A stretch of 32,000 bases of DNA from Alphaproteobacteria bacterium (GCA_028696805.1 JAQVGI010000002.1:1-32000), one strand, 5' to 3'. Shown: positions 20,264 through 28,018, counted from the stretch's first letter. A program made the numbers and translations. The notes: a model not told the origin generated them from the letters alone.

Positions 20264-20659
20264 ATGGCAGAAAAAGCAGTTAAAACGCGCGCTGTGAAAA
20301 AAGTGAAGAAGAATGTGGCGACAGGGGTCGCGCACGTGAACTCGTCGTTCAACAACACGATCGTGACGATCACGGATGCCCAGGGCAACACGATTTCGTG
20401 GTCCTCCGCCGGCCTGAAAGGGTTCGCCGGATCGCGCAAATCGACGCCGTATGCGGCCCAGATCGCCGCGGACGACGCCGCCCGCAAGGCGATGGAGCAC
20501 GGGTTGAAATCCGTGGACGTGCTGGTTCAGGGCGCTGGCGCCGGCCGCGAATCCGTGCTGCGCGCCTTCAACGCCGCCGGCCTGGTGGTCACGGCGATCA
20601 AGGACATCACGGCCATTCCGCACAACGGATGCCGGGCCCGGAAGCGCCGCCGCATTTAA
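20264..20659 (+). CDS. rpsK: 30S ribosomal protein S11
   Basis: ..[35 protein letters not shown].. Confidence 0.97.
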   Translation: MAEKAVKTRAVKKVKKNVATGVAHVNSSFNNTIVTITDAQGNTISWSSAGLKGFAGSRKSTPYAAQIAADDAARKAMEHGLKSVDVLVQGAGAGRESVLRAFNAAGLVVTAIKDITAIPHNGCRARKRRRI

Positions 20660-20685
20660 CTTGAAACAGACGAAGGGGATTCCTC

Positions 20686-21702
20686 ATGATGATACAGAAA
20701 AACTGGAAAGAGCTGATTAAGCCGTCGACAAGCGCGGTCGCGCAGGTGGTGGAAGGATACAAGGCCGCGATGACTTTGGAGCCGCTGGAACGCGGCTTCG
20801 GCACGACGCTCGGCAACGCGCTGCGGCGCGTCCTGCTGTCGTCGCTGCAAGGCGGCGCGGTCACGGCGATCAAAATCGCCGGCGTGACGCACGAATTCAC
20901 ATCCATCCCGGGCGTGCGCGAGGATGTGACGGAAATCATTTTGAACATCAAGTCGCTGGCGCTGAAAGTGGCCGAGGAAGGCCCGCAGCGCATTTACCTG
21001 AACGCGATGGGCCCCGGCCCCGTGACGGCGGGGCAGATCGTCACGACGCACGCCGTCGAGGTGATGAACAAGGACCTGGTCATCTGCACGTTGGAAAAGG
21101 ACGCGAGCATCGAAATCGAGATGATCGTCAACACGGGCAAGGGCTATGTGACGGCCGCGCAGAATCGGCCCGAGGACTGCCCCATCGGATTGCTGCCGAT
21201 CGATTCCATCTATTCCCCTGTCAAATCCGTCGTCTACAAGGTGTCCAACGCGCGCGTCGGACAGCAGACGGACTATGACAAGCTGCAGCTGACCGTCGAG
21301 ACGAACGGCGTCGTGCGTCCGGAAGACGCGGTGGCGCTGGCCGCCCGCATCGTGCAGGAGCAGCTGCGCTCCTTCATCAATTTCGAGGAGCCCGACGAAA
21401 CGACCTTGGAGGACAAAATCGCCGACCTGCCGTTCAACAAGAACCTGCTGCTGCGCGTCGACGAATTGGAGCTGTCCGTCCGTTCGGCCAACTGCCTGAA
21501 AAACGACAACATCACCTACATCGGCGAGCTGGTGCAGAAGACGGAGGCCGAAATGCTGCGGACGCCGAACTTCGGCCGCAAGTCGCTGAACGAAATCAAG
21601 GAGCTGCTGGAAACGATGGGCCTGCATCTGGGCATGCAGGTCGAGGGCTGGCCGCCGGAGGATTTGGAGGCTTTGTCCAACACGCTGGACAGCGAGGGAT
21701 AA
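20686..21702 (+). CDS. rpoA: DNA-directed RNA polymerase subunit alpha
   Basis: 338 aa with ..[17 protein letters not shown].. and the C-terminal domain ..[20 protein letters not shown].. Confidence 0.98.
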   Translation: MMIQKNWKELIKPSTSAVAQVVEGYKAAMTLEPLERGFGTTLGNALRRVLLSSLQGGAVTAIKIAGVTHEFTSIPGVREDVTEIILNIKSLALKVAEEGPQRIYLNAMGPGPVTAGQIVTTHAVEVMNKDLVICTLEKDASIEIEMIVNTGKGYVTAAQNRPEDCPIGLLPIDSIYSPVKSVVYKVSNARVGQQTDYDKLQLTVETNGVVRPEDAVALAARIVQEQLRSFINFEEPDETTLEDKIADLPFNKNLLLRVDELELSVRSANCLKNDNITYIGELVQKTEAEMLRTPNFGRKSLNEIKELLETMGLHLGMQVEGWPPEDLEALSNTLDSEG

Positions 21703-21711
21703 AACGAAAAC

Positions 21712-21742
21712 CGCCCCGGAAGCGCCGGGGCGTCCGCCTTTT
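21712..21742 (+). terminator. GC hairpin between rpoA and rplQ (possible attenuator or weak terminator)
   Basis: CGCCCCGG-AAGCG-CCGGGGCG forms an 8-bp stem. The TTTT run begins 6 nt after the stem, so this is not a classic intrinsic terminator. Confidence 0.35.
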
Positions 21743-21816
21743 GCATACGACCGGTATGGAACGCGCGGCATGTGTCATCCGTCTGACCCGATTCAGACAA
21801 ACAGAAAGGAAACAAA

Positions 21817-22362
21817 ATGCGTCATGGATTTAAACACAGGAAATTGAATAAAAGCATTGCCCACCGCCGGGCGATGTTCGCGAATCTGGCAAACGCGCTG
21901 ATCAAGCACGAGCAGATCAAGACGACCTTGCCGAAGGCGAAGGAACTGCGCCCCGTTTTCGAAAAAATGGTGACGAAGGCCAAGACGGACACGCTGCATG
22001 TGCGCCGCCAGCTGATTTCCTTTCTGCACGACGAGCCGATGGTTGCGAAATTGATTTCCGTTCTGGGCGTCCGCTATAAGGACCGCAACGGCGGCTATGT
22101 GCGCGTTTTGAAAGCCGGCTTCCGTTTCGGCGATTGCGCGCCGATGGCGGTTGTCGAGCTGGTCGACCGCGATGCGGCGGCCAAGGGAAAAGATTCCGGC
22201 AAGCCGGTCGAGGTGGAAACGCAGGCGCACGATCAGAAGGAAGGCCACGCCCCGAAGGCGGCCGGCCTGATGAAGGTCAAGAAGGACAAGGGCGTCAAGG
22301 TGAAAAAGGAAGCGATCGCCGCCGCGCCGAAAATCGTCAAGAAAACGGCCAAGGGCGGATAA
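21817..22362 (+). CDS. rplQ: 50S ribosomal protein L17 with Lys-rich C-terminal extension
   Basis: [25 protein letters not shown].. It is 181 aa, longer than the usual 120-140 aa or so. Confidence 0.96.
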   Translation: MRHGFKHRKLNKSIAHRRAMFANLANALIKHEQIKTTLPKAKELRPVFEKMVTKAKTDTLHVRRQLISFLHDEPMVAKLISVLGVRYKDRNGGYVRVLKAGFRFGDCAPMAVVELVDRDAAAKGKDSGKPVEVETQAHDQKEGHAPKAAGLMKVKKDKGVKVKKEAIAAAPKIVKKTAKGG

Positions 22363-22386
22363 AATCCGGCCAATGCGATCGAAGGG

Positions 22387-22415
22387 GGGGGCGTCCGGCG
22401 GACGCTCCCTTTTTT
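22387..22415 (+). terminator. intrinsic terminator after rplQ
   Basis: GGGGGCGTCC-GGC-GGACGCTCCC forms 10 bp with one G.U pair, followed by TTTTTT. Confidence 0.7.
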
Positions 22416-22458
22416 CATGCCCGGCGCCGCGCCGCGTATGATTTCGTTCCGGCGCCTC

Positions 22459-22487
22459 TTGACTTCCCCCTCGAAATCATCTAACCT
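22459..22487 (+). promoter_or_regulatory. promoter TTGACT-17-TAACCT, 6 nt from the ATG at 22494 (leaderless candidate)
   Basis: No SD is present. The ATG falls at the expected transcription start distance. Confidence 0.45.
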
Positions 22488-22493
22488 GTCCGC

Positions 22494-23327
22494 ATGTCAG
22501 TCAAAGAAACATTGCATCGTCTTTTCCAAGGCAAACAGGAATACTCCGTCGACGCGCTGGGCGCCTATCCGATGCGCATGCAGGTGTCCGGCCTGCCGGA
22601 GAGGCGCTATTTCAAAACCTCGCGGCTGCTGGCGATCATCAGCATCATCAGCCTCGGCCTGACGTTCGCGCTGTCCGGCGTTTTGATCTACTACGCCAAC
22701 CGCGTGGACATCACGATTTTCGGCGGCCGGGCGCCGCGCGTGTTCGCGATAGATCCCGAATACAAGACATTGAATGCGGTGGAATACACGAACGCCTCCT
22801 TTCCCGCCGTCCAGTTTTATGTGGAAAACATCGTGCGCACTTATGTCACGAAGCGCCACTCGGTCGTCTGGGACATGGACATCATGCGGAACGAGTGGGG
22901 CAACAGCGGCACCATCGCCTTGTATTCGTCCATCGAGGTGTTCCAGAAGTTCAATCAGGAGAGCCAGCTAGTCCTGAACGCCAGCCGGTCGGGCGGCATC
23001 GTGAAAGATGTCATCCTGTATGAGGTGCGCCTGCTGCACGGCAATTTGTGGACGGGGCTGTTCGATGTGTTCGACATGCCGATTCCGGATCCGTTCAATC
23101 CGGAATGCGTTTGCAGCGACCCGCTGCCGGAATGCATCGCCTGCAAGGTCAAGAAATCCTTGAAGCGCCAGCGCTACCGCGTGTATCTGCGCACAATGCT
23201 GGCGGGGACAAAAACCAAAGACAACCCGCTGGGGATCGTGATTCCGGTCTACAATCTGCTGTATATTCCGATCAATCCGAACGAAAACTACTGGGGCCTG
23301 CCGGCGGCGCTGCGTCCGGATATTTAG
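22494..23327 (+). CDS. VirB8-like bitopic membrane protein (candidate orphan type IV secretion component)
   Basis: 277 aa. It has a short cytoplasmic N-terminus, one TM segment (LLAIISIISLGLTFALSGVLIYY) and a periplasmic domain of about 210 aa. The landmark order parallels VirB8: ..YVENIVRTYVTKR.. versus YWLSQYVIARETY, and a near-C-terminal NPLG(I/F)xV motif. There is a Cys-rich insert, NPECVCSDPLPECIACK. The assignment was made by eye only. Confidence 0.45.
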   Translation: MSVKETLHRLFQGKQEYSVDALGAYPMRMQVSGLPERRYFKTSRLLAIISIISLGLTFALSGVLIYYANRVDITIFGGRAPRVFAIDPEYKTLNAVEYTNASFPAVQFYVENIVRTYVTKRHSVVWDMDIMRNEWGNSGTIALYSSIEVFQKFNQESQLVLNASRSGGIVKDVILYEVRLLHGNLWTGLFDVFDMPIPDPFNPECVCSDPLPECIACKVKKSLKRQRYRVYLRTMLAGTKTKDNPLGIVIPVYNLLYIPINPNENYWGLPAALRPDI

Positions 23328-23686
23328 ACGCGCCCGTAGCTGTCCTCGAATCGGACGATGTCGGCTTCGTCCAGCGTTTCGCCCGTCTGGATTTCGATGA
23401 AGGTCATCGGCTTGTCCGTCGCGTTCGCCATGCGGTGTTTGACGCCGGCGGGAATGTAGACCGGCGTGTTCTGCGGCGCCTCGAAAGTCCTGTCCCCCAG
23501 CGTGATACGGCCGGCGCCGTCGACGACGACCCAATGCTCGGCGCGATGATGGTGCAGCTGCAGCGACAGCAGCTTGTCCGGCAGGACGCAGATGCGCTTG
23601 ACGATGTATTGCGCGCCGGCCGCGACGACCTCCCATGTCCCCCACGGGCGCGTGTCTTTGTCGCCGACCTTGTATGAAACGGGCAT
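23324..23686 (-). CDS. stand-alone cupin, mannose-6-phosphate isomerase type II (ManC) C-terminal-domain-like
   Basis: 120 aa with RPWGTWEVV..., LSLQLHHHRAEHWVVV.G, HRMAN and IEIQTGE.LDE.DIVRFEDSYGR. AAGGAG lies upstream. Confidence 0.75.
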   Translation of the reverse strand: MPVSYKVGDKDTRPWGTWEVVAAGAQYIVKRICVLPDKLLSLQLHHHRAEHWVVVDGAGRITLGDRTFEAPQNTPVYIPAGVKHRMANATDKPMTFIEIQTGETLDEADIVRFEDSYGRV

Positions 23687-23746
23687 GATTTTCTCCTTTG
23701 CTCGGCGGGCAAGATAGATGAAAAAAATCCAAAAGTCAAGCGGGGC

Positions 23747-25108
23747 CTAGCGGCAGCGGTTCGGGGTACAGGTTTTGGCCGCGACGACGGCGTCCTTGTG
23801 GCGTGCGACATGCCGCGGCCCTTCCAGGACATTGCCGATGGTGTAATGCTGATACTCGGCGCCTTCCAGGTTGACCCAGGTTATGTCGCCGTTCGCGCGG
23901 ATATTCAAAAACGAATCGTATTCCATCAGCTTTTTTTCGCTGTCCCTCAAATAGGAAGCATCCAGCCGGGCCGCCCGGCCGACGGGCGCGCAGCGGCGGT
24001 GCTTGACGATGAAATTCAAATCGGCGTATCGGGCCAGGAGCGGCGCCAGGCTGTCCGTCGCCTCCGGCGGGCCGTAGGTTTGGACAGCGACAACCGGGGG
24101 CGGGTTGGAATCCGGTTGCAATCCGGTCAGGACGGACGCCTTTGAAACCGCGTCCAGAGAATCGGCCAGCCGCCGCATGTTCTTTTGCGCCGGCTCGCCG
24201 GGCAGCGCGACATGGGACAGCACGATATGCGGCGCGATGGCATACATTTTTTCCAAAACGGCTTTGTCCGTGCCGAACAGGACGCCTTTGGTCGTCGGTA
24301 TCAGCTGGTTCCAATATACGGCGTTCAACGTCAGGGCGATGTCCCCCGCGTCCGCGCCGATAATCGGATCCATGTAATGCAGCGGGTCGGAATCCAGATA
24401 ACGCTGAATCGCCGCGGGCGGGCTGTTTTGGTGGAACAGGCGGTAGAGCTTCGAAAACAGCGGGTAAGGCATGTGCGACACCGGGCCGCATCCGTTGAAG
24501 CCGCAATGCACGCACGCGTTGTGGCACCCCGACGACGCGGAGAGGCACAGGTATGCCGCGCTTTCTTCGGCGGCGGTTTTTTGCGTTATCGGATTGCGGA
24601 TGTCCAGGACGGGATCGACATCCTTGAACAGGTCCAAATCCAGGAAGAACCGGCTGGACGCCCCGAACGCTTTTTCCACAATCTCCGGCGTCAGATTTCC
24701 GGATGACAGCGCCTGCGTCAGCTCCGCTAGGCGATGCGCGCCGTCTTGCGACAGCAGGTCGACGCGGGCGGCCGGGACGCGGCCGTCGGCGGAGTAGGGG
24801 ACGAGGCACCGGCTGTAAGATTTCAGCAGGTAAGCCGCCCGGTTGACATACCAAGCGTCGATCGTTGATTGCACGTTCGAGTTTTCCGGTGCTTCCCGGA
24901 TAATCGTGCACATGCTCTTCGGAATGGACGCGTGCAGGTAGGCGGGCAGCCGGTCCCATTTCCCGCGTGCCGCGCGGACGATTTCGGCGGAGAAAATATC
25001 GAACAGCAGGCAAATGACGAGGTTGTCCGATTCTGTCAGGAAATCCGGCTCATGCCGCCGCTCGTAATACCTGTCATAGAAATCTTGATAAGGATATGGC
25101 ACATACAT
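23747..25108 (-). CDS. radical SAM domain protein, subfamily unassigned
   Basis: It carries a canonical CX3CX2C motif (SSGCHNACVHCG). The frame is chosen over the overlapping R/P/G-rich ORF 23736..25013. The start is set to the ATG at 25108 (MYVPYPYQDF, 453 aa) because TTGACA-16-TATAAT lies immediately upstream. The ORF-track start at 25273 would overlap the fdx start and both promoters. Confidence 0.7.
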   Translation of the reverse strand: MYVPYPYQDFYDRYYERRHEPDFLTESDNLVICLLFDIFSAEIVRAARGKWDRLPAYLHASIPKSMCTIIREAPENSNVQSTIDAWYVNRAAYLLKSYSRCLVPYSADGRVPAARVDLLSQDGAHRLAELTQALSSGNLTPEIVEKAFGASSRFFLDLDLFKDVDPVLDIRNPITQKTAAEESAAYLCLSASSGCHNACVHCGFNGCGPVSHMPYPLFSKLYRLFHQNSPPAAIQRYLDSDPLHYMDPIIGADAGDIALTLNAVYWNQLIPTTKGVLFGTDKAVLEKMYAIAPHIVLSHVALPGEPAQKNMRRLADSLDAVSKASVLTGLQPDSNPPPVVAVQTYGPPEATDSLAPLLARYADLNFIVKHRRCAPVGRAARLDASYLRDSEKKLMEYDSFLNIRANGDITWVNLEGAEYQHYTIGNVLEGPRHVARHKDAVVAAKTCTPNRCR

Positions 25109-25115
25109 GCCCCTG

Positions 25116-25143
25116 ATTATATCACAAAGCATTATTTTGTCAA
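25116..25143 (-). promoter_or_regulatory. consensus promoter TTGACA-16-TATAAT, 7 nt from the radical-SAM ATG (leaderless candidate)
   Basis: Both reverse-strand hexamers match the consensus perfectly. Confidence 0.6.
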
Positions 25144-25207
25144 TCTTTTTATTTCTGCTTCGCGGAACCGACGCGCCCCGCCGCAGCCGCCGGCGGCAAA
25201 ATTTTAG

Positions 25208-25236
25208 TTGATTTTCGTCGCGAAATAGCGTATCCT
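25208..25236 (+). promoter_or_regulatory. promoter TTGATT-17-TATCCT for the ferredoxin gene
   Basis: Divergent from the radical-SAM promoter. A leader of about 25 nt with an AAAGGAG SD follows. Confidence 0.45.
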
Positions 25237-25266
25237 CTGCCCGTTCATTTAGAAAAGGAGTCGAAT

Positions 25267-25506
25267 ATGCCATCAGTTGTCAGTGATAAGTGCGTCTTGT
25301 GTAAGAAATGCATCGAAGTGTGCCCGGTGGATGCGTTCCATCTCGGCCCGACGCAGGTCGTCGTGAATCCGGAAACCTGCATCGATTGCGGGATCTGCAT
25401 TTCCGAATGCCCCAGCGGCGCGATTACGACCGCGGACGAAGCGGACGCCAAATGGATCGCCTTCAATGCCGAAAAGGCGAAGGAATATCCGCAGGCGAAC
25501 AAATAA
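25267..25506 (+). CDS. 2x[4Fe-4S] ferredoxin
   Basis: 79 aa with two CxxCxxCxxxCP motifs (CVLCKKCIEVCP and CIDCGICISECP). AAAGGAG lies 6 nt upstream. Confidence 0.9.
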   Translation: MPSVVSDKCVLCKKCIEVCPVDAFHLGPTQVVVNPETCIDCGICISECPSGAITTADEADAKWIAFNAEKAKEYPQANK

Positions 25507-25522
25507 GCGTCTGGGCGATAAT

Positions 25523-25554
25523 AAAAAAACCTCCCGAAGTTCGAGAGGTTTTTT
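25523..25554. terminator. bidirectional intrinsic terminator between fdx and rplT
   Basis: AAAAAAA-CCTCCCG-AAGTT-CGAGAGG-TTTTTT. The A-run and T-run flank the hairpin, so it can serve both convergent genes. Confidence 0.7.
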
Positions 25555-25566
25555 GTTGCCTTGCGC

Positions 25567-25920
25567 TTATTGGGCGCTTTTCGCTTTTTCCACCAGCGCC
25601 GCGAACCCTTTCGGGTCGTTGACGGCCAGGTCGGCCATGACCTTGCGGTCCAGCTCGATGCCGGCTTTTTTCAGGCCGCTGATGAACTTGGAATACACCA
25701 GGCCGTTTGCGCGGACGGCCGCGTTGATGCGGGCGATCCACAGCTGGCGCATATCCGTTTTCTTGCGCCGGCGGTCGCGGTAGGCGTATTGCAGGCCGTG
25801 CTCCACGCGCTCTTTCGCCATGCGGAAGACGTTCTTGTTCCGGCCGCGGTAGCCCTTGGCCATCTTGATGATTTTTTTATGCTTGGCGTTTCCCGTTGTG
25901 CCGCGTTTGACTCTTGCCAT
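25567..25920 (-). CDS. rplT: 50S ribosomal protein L20
   Basis: [17 protein letters not shown]...[19 protein letters not shown]. Confidence 0.97.
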   Translation of the reverse strand: MARVKRGTTGNAKHKKIIKMAKGYRGRNKNVFRMAKERVEHGLQYAYRDRRRKKTDMRQLWIARINAAVRANGLVYSKFISGLKKAGIELDRKVMADLAVNDPKGFAALVEKAKSAQ

Positions 25921-25931
25921 GATAAACCTCC

Positions 25932-26126
25932 CTATCCGTGCATGAAGCGGCGCACCGTGGCGTCGTTCGTTGTGTCAATGACGGCGGTGCCGCGCGCCTG
26001 ACGTTTCATTTTGGACGTTTTCGGCAGCAAGCAGTGGCGCTTGAAAGCCTTCGTGCGTTTGATTTTTCCGGTGCCCGTCAAGGAAAAACGCTTCTTGACG
26101 GCGGATTTTGTTTTGAGTTTTGGCAT
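25932..26126 (-). CDS. rpmI: 50S ribosomal protein L35
   Basis: [24 protein letters not shown]..., 64 aa, located upstream of rplT. Confidence 0.95.
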   Translation of the reverse strand: MPKLKTKSAVKKRFSLTGTGKIKRTKAFKRHCLLPKTSKMKRQARGTAVIDTTNDATVRRFMHG

Positions 26127-26206
26127 TTTACATCCTCTTGATTTTGTTGATGTTATACGAATGTCGGGGCAGCCGTTTCAAAGCCCTGTCCATCCGAACG
26201 CGACGC

Positions 26207-26235
26207 AGTATATCTGAAATCGGCGCGGAAGTCAA
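26207..26235 (-). promoter_or_regulatory. promoter TTGACT-17-TATACT for rpmI-rplT
   Basis: Reverse-strand hexamers that leave a leader of about 74 nt before rpmI. Confidence 0.55.
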
Positions 26236-26243
26236 TCGATTTC

Positions 26244-26272
26244 TTGCGTTCGGCGGCGAAATGTGCTACCCT
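26244..26272 (+). promoter_or_regulatory. promoter TTGCGT-17-TACCCT, 6 nt from the rarA ATG (leaderless candidate)
   Basis: Back-to-back with the rpmI promoter; the two -35 boxes are 9 bp apart. No SD is present. Confidence 0.4.
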
Positions 26273-26278
26273 GCGCGC

Positions 26279-27571
26279 ATGGAGAGTTTATTCGAAGACA
26301 AGACGGCAAAACCGCTGGCGGACCGCCTGCGCCCGAAGGTTCTGGCGGATGTGGTGGGCCAGGATCACCTGCTGGGCGCGGAGGCGCCGCTGTCCCGCAT
26401 GATCCGGGCGGGGCGGCTGACCTCGTTCATTTTGTGGGGGCCGCCCGGGTGCGGCAAGACGACCATCGCGCGGATTCTGGCGGACGAAACCAACCTGTAT
26501 TTCGAGCAGCTGTCCGCCGTTTTTTCGGGCGTGGCGGATTTGCGCAAAGTCTTTTCCGACGCCCGGAAACGGCGCGAGATGGGGCGGGGAACCTTGCTGT
26601 TCGTCGACGAAATCCACCGGTTCAACCGGTCGCAGCAGGACGCCTTCCTGCCGTATGTCGAGGACGGCACGATCGTCCTGGTCGGCGCGACGACGGAAAA
26701 CCCGTCGTTCGAGCTGAACGGCGCGCTGCTGTCGCGGTGCAAGGTGTTCGTCCTGAACCGGCTGGACGACGATGCGCTGGATCGTCTGGCGCGCCGGGCC
26801 GAGCAGGAGCTGGGAAAGCCGCTGCCGCTCGATGCGGTCGGCAAGGACTACCTGAAAAATCTGGCGGACGGCGACGGGCGGTATCTGCTGAACCTGATCG
26901 AGAGCGTTTTCCAATACGCGCCGTCGGACGCCATTCTGGATAAGAACGCGCTGGAAAAGCTGCTGCAAAAACGCCTGCCGAATTACGACAAGGACAGGGA
27001 GGGGCACTACAACCTGATTTCCGCGCTGCACAAATCGCTGCGCGGGTCGGATGCGGACGCGGCGCTGTATTGGCTGGCGCGGATGGTGGTGGCGGGCGAG
27101 GACATGAAATACCTGCTGCGCCGTCTGACGCGGTTTGCGGCCGAGGATGTCGGGCTGGCCGATCCGCACGCGCTGACGCTGGCGATCGCCGCGTGGGAAA
27201 GCTACGACAGGCTGGGCTCCCCCGAGGGCGACCTGTCCGTCGCCGAACTGGCGGTGTATCTGGCGACGGCGCCGAAGTCCGTCGGGGTCTACCGGGCGTG
27301 GAGCGCGGCGCAGCAGACGGCGCGCGAAACGGCGACCGAAATGCCGCCGAAGCATATCCTGAACGCGCCGACGCGATTGATGCAGGACATCGGCTACGGC
27401 GAGGGGTATCAATACGACCCGGATACCGAAACGGGCTTTTCGGGGCAGGATTATTTTCCCGACGGCATGAGCCGCCGCACATTCTACCGCCCCGCCGACC
27501 GCGGGTTCGAACGCGAAGTCAAAAAGCGCCTGGATTACTGGAACGGCTTGCGGGCGAAAAAACAGGGATGA
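26279..27571 (+). CDS. rarA: replication-associated recombination protein A (AAA+ ATPase RarA/MgsA)
   Basis: PLADRLRPKVLADVVGQDHLLG, Walker A GPPGCGKTT and Walker B LFVDEIHRFN. The start at 26279 (MESLFED) is chosen over 26120 and 26261, consistent with TTGCGT-17-TACCCT lying 6 nt upstream. Confidence 0.9.
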   Translation: MESLFEDKTAKPLADRLRPKVLADVVGQDHLLGAEAPLSRMIRAGRLTSFILWGPPGCGKTTIARILADETNLYFEQLSAVFSGVADLRKVFSDARKRREMGRGTLLFVDEIHRFNRSQQDAFLPYVEDGTIVLVGATTENPSFELNGALLSRCKVFVLNRLDDDALDRLARRAEQELGKPLPLDAVGKDYLKNLADGDGRYLLNLIESVFQYAPSDAILDKNALEKLLQKRLPNYDKDREGHYNLISALHKSLRGSDADAALYWLARMVVAGEDMKYLLRRLTRFAAEDVGLADPHALTLAIAAWESYDRLGSPEGDLSVAELAVYLATAPKSVGVYRAWSAAQQTARETATEMPPKHILNAPTRLMQDIGYGEGYQYDPDTETGFSGQDYFPDGMSRRTFYRPADRGFEREVKKRLDYWNGLRAKKQG

Positions 27572-27656
27572 GACTAAATCATATTTTTTTGTGCAATCAA
27601 ATTAAGTTGCATGATATGGGACAAAGTCGGCATTCCTATTCAAAAGGCGCGTCAAA

Positions 27657-27992
27657 ATGACCACGCATAGTATGTCGCTGCAAAAGCGCTATTTCGATCT
27701 GATTCGCGACCGAAAGAAGACCATCGAGTTGAGGTTGTGGGACGAAAAAAAGTCGGTAATCAAGCCAAACGATGAAATCCTGTTCGCATCCGAGGGGGAA
27801 GAGGTACGCGTTCGTGTCGTCGATCTGGTTCGGGCCGATAATTTTCAGAAATTATGCGAACGAATCGATGTCGGCCAGGCAGGGTTCGGCTCTTCAAAAG
27901 AGCTTTTATCCGTCATTCAAGTGTTTTATACCCCGGAGCAGCAGGAAAGATACGGCGTTGTCGGCATCCGCATCGAACGGATCGATTCCTGA
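27657..27992 (+). CDS. ASCH (PUA-like) domain protein
   Basis: 111 aa. The pattern ..YFDLIRDRKKTIELRLWD....IKPNDEILF.... resembles small ASCH proteins such as YqfB. An alternative start is the ATG at 27672. Confidence 0.6.
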   Translation: MTTHSMSLQKRYFDLIRDRKKTIELRLWDEKKSVIKPNDEILFASEGEEVRVRVVDLVRADNFQKLCERIDVGQAGFGSSKELLSVIQVFYTPEQQERYGVVGIRIERIDS

Positions 27993-27996
27993 CGCG

Positions 27997-28015
27997 GGAA
28001 CGATATCTCGTTTTT
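27997..28015 (+). terminator. weak terminator-like hairpin after the ASCH gene
   Basis: AACGA-TATC-TCGTT followed by TTT. The stem is short. Confidence 0.3.
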
Positions 28016-28018
28016 CGC

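Noticed and set aside
19763-20686. Absence of infA/rpmJ before rpsM and of rpsD between rpsK and rpoA
   Set aside because: This is the normal alphaproteobacterial arrangement (secY-adk-rpsM-rpsK-rpoA-rplQ) and is not an anomaly.
20656-21771. 371-aa ORF on the minus strand
   Set aside because: It is antisense to rpoA and is a high-GC frame artefact.
23736-25013. 425-aa ORF on the same strand as the radical-SAM gene but in another frame
   Set aside because: Its translation is R/P/G-rich low complexity. The alternative frame (23747..25108) carries the CX3CX2C motif and ordinary protein-like composition.
25109-25273. 55-codon N-terminal extension of the radical-SAM ORF
   Set aside because: It would run through the AT-rich divergent promoter region and overlap the ferredoxin start codon. 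A consensus promoter abuts the ATG at 25108.
26120-26278. N-terminal extension of the rarA ORF
   Set aside because: It overlaps the rpmI start and promoter region, and RarA homology begins at MESLFEDK (26279).
26288-27482. Two long minus-strand ORFs (374 and 286 aa)
   Set aside because: They are antisense to rarA, whose Walker A/B motifs fix the true frame.
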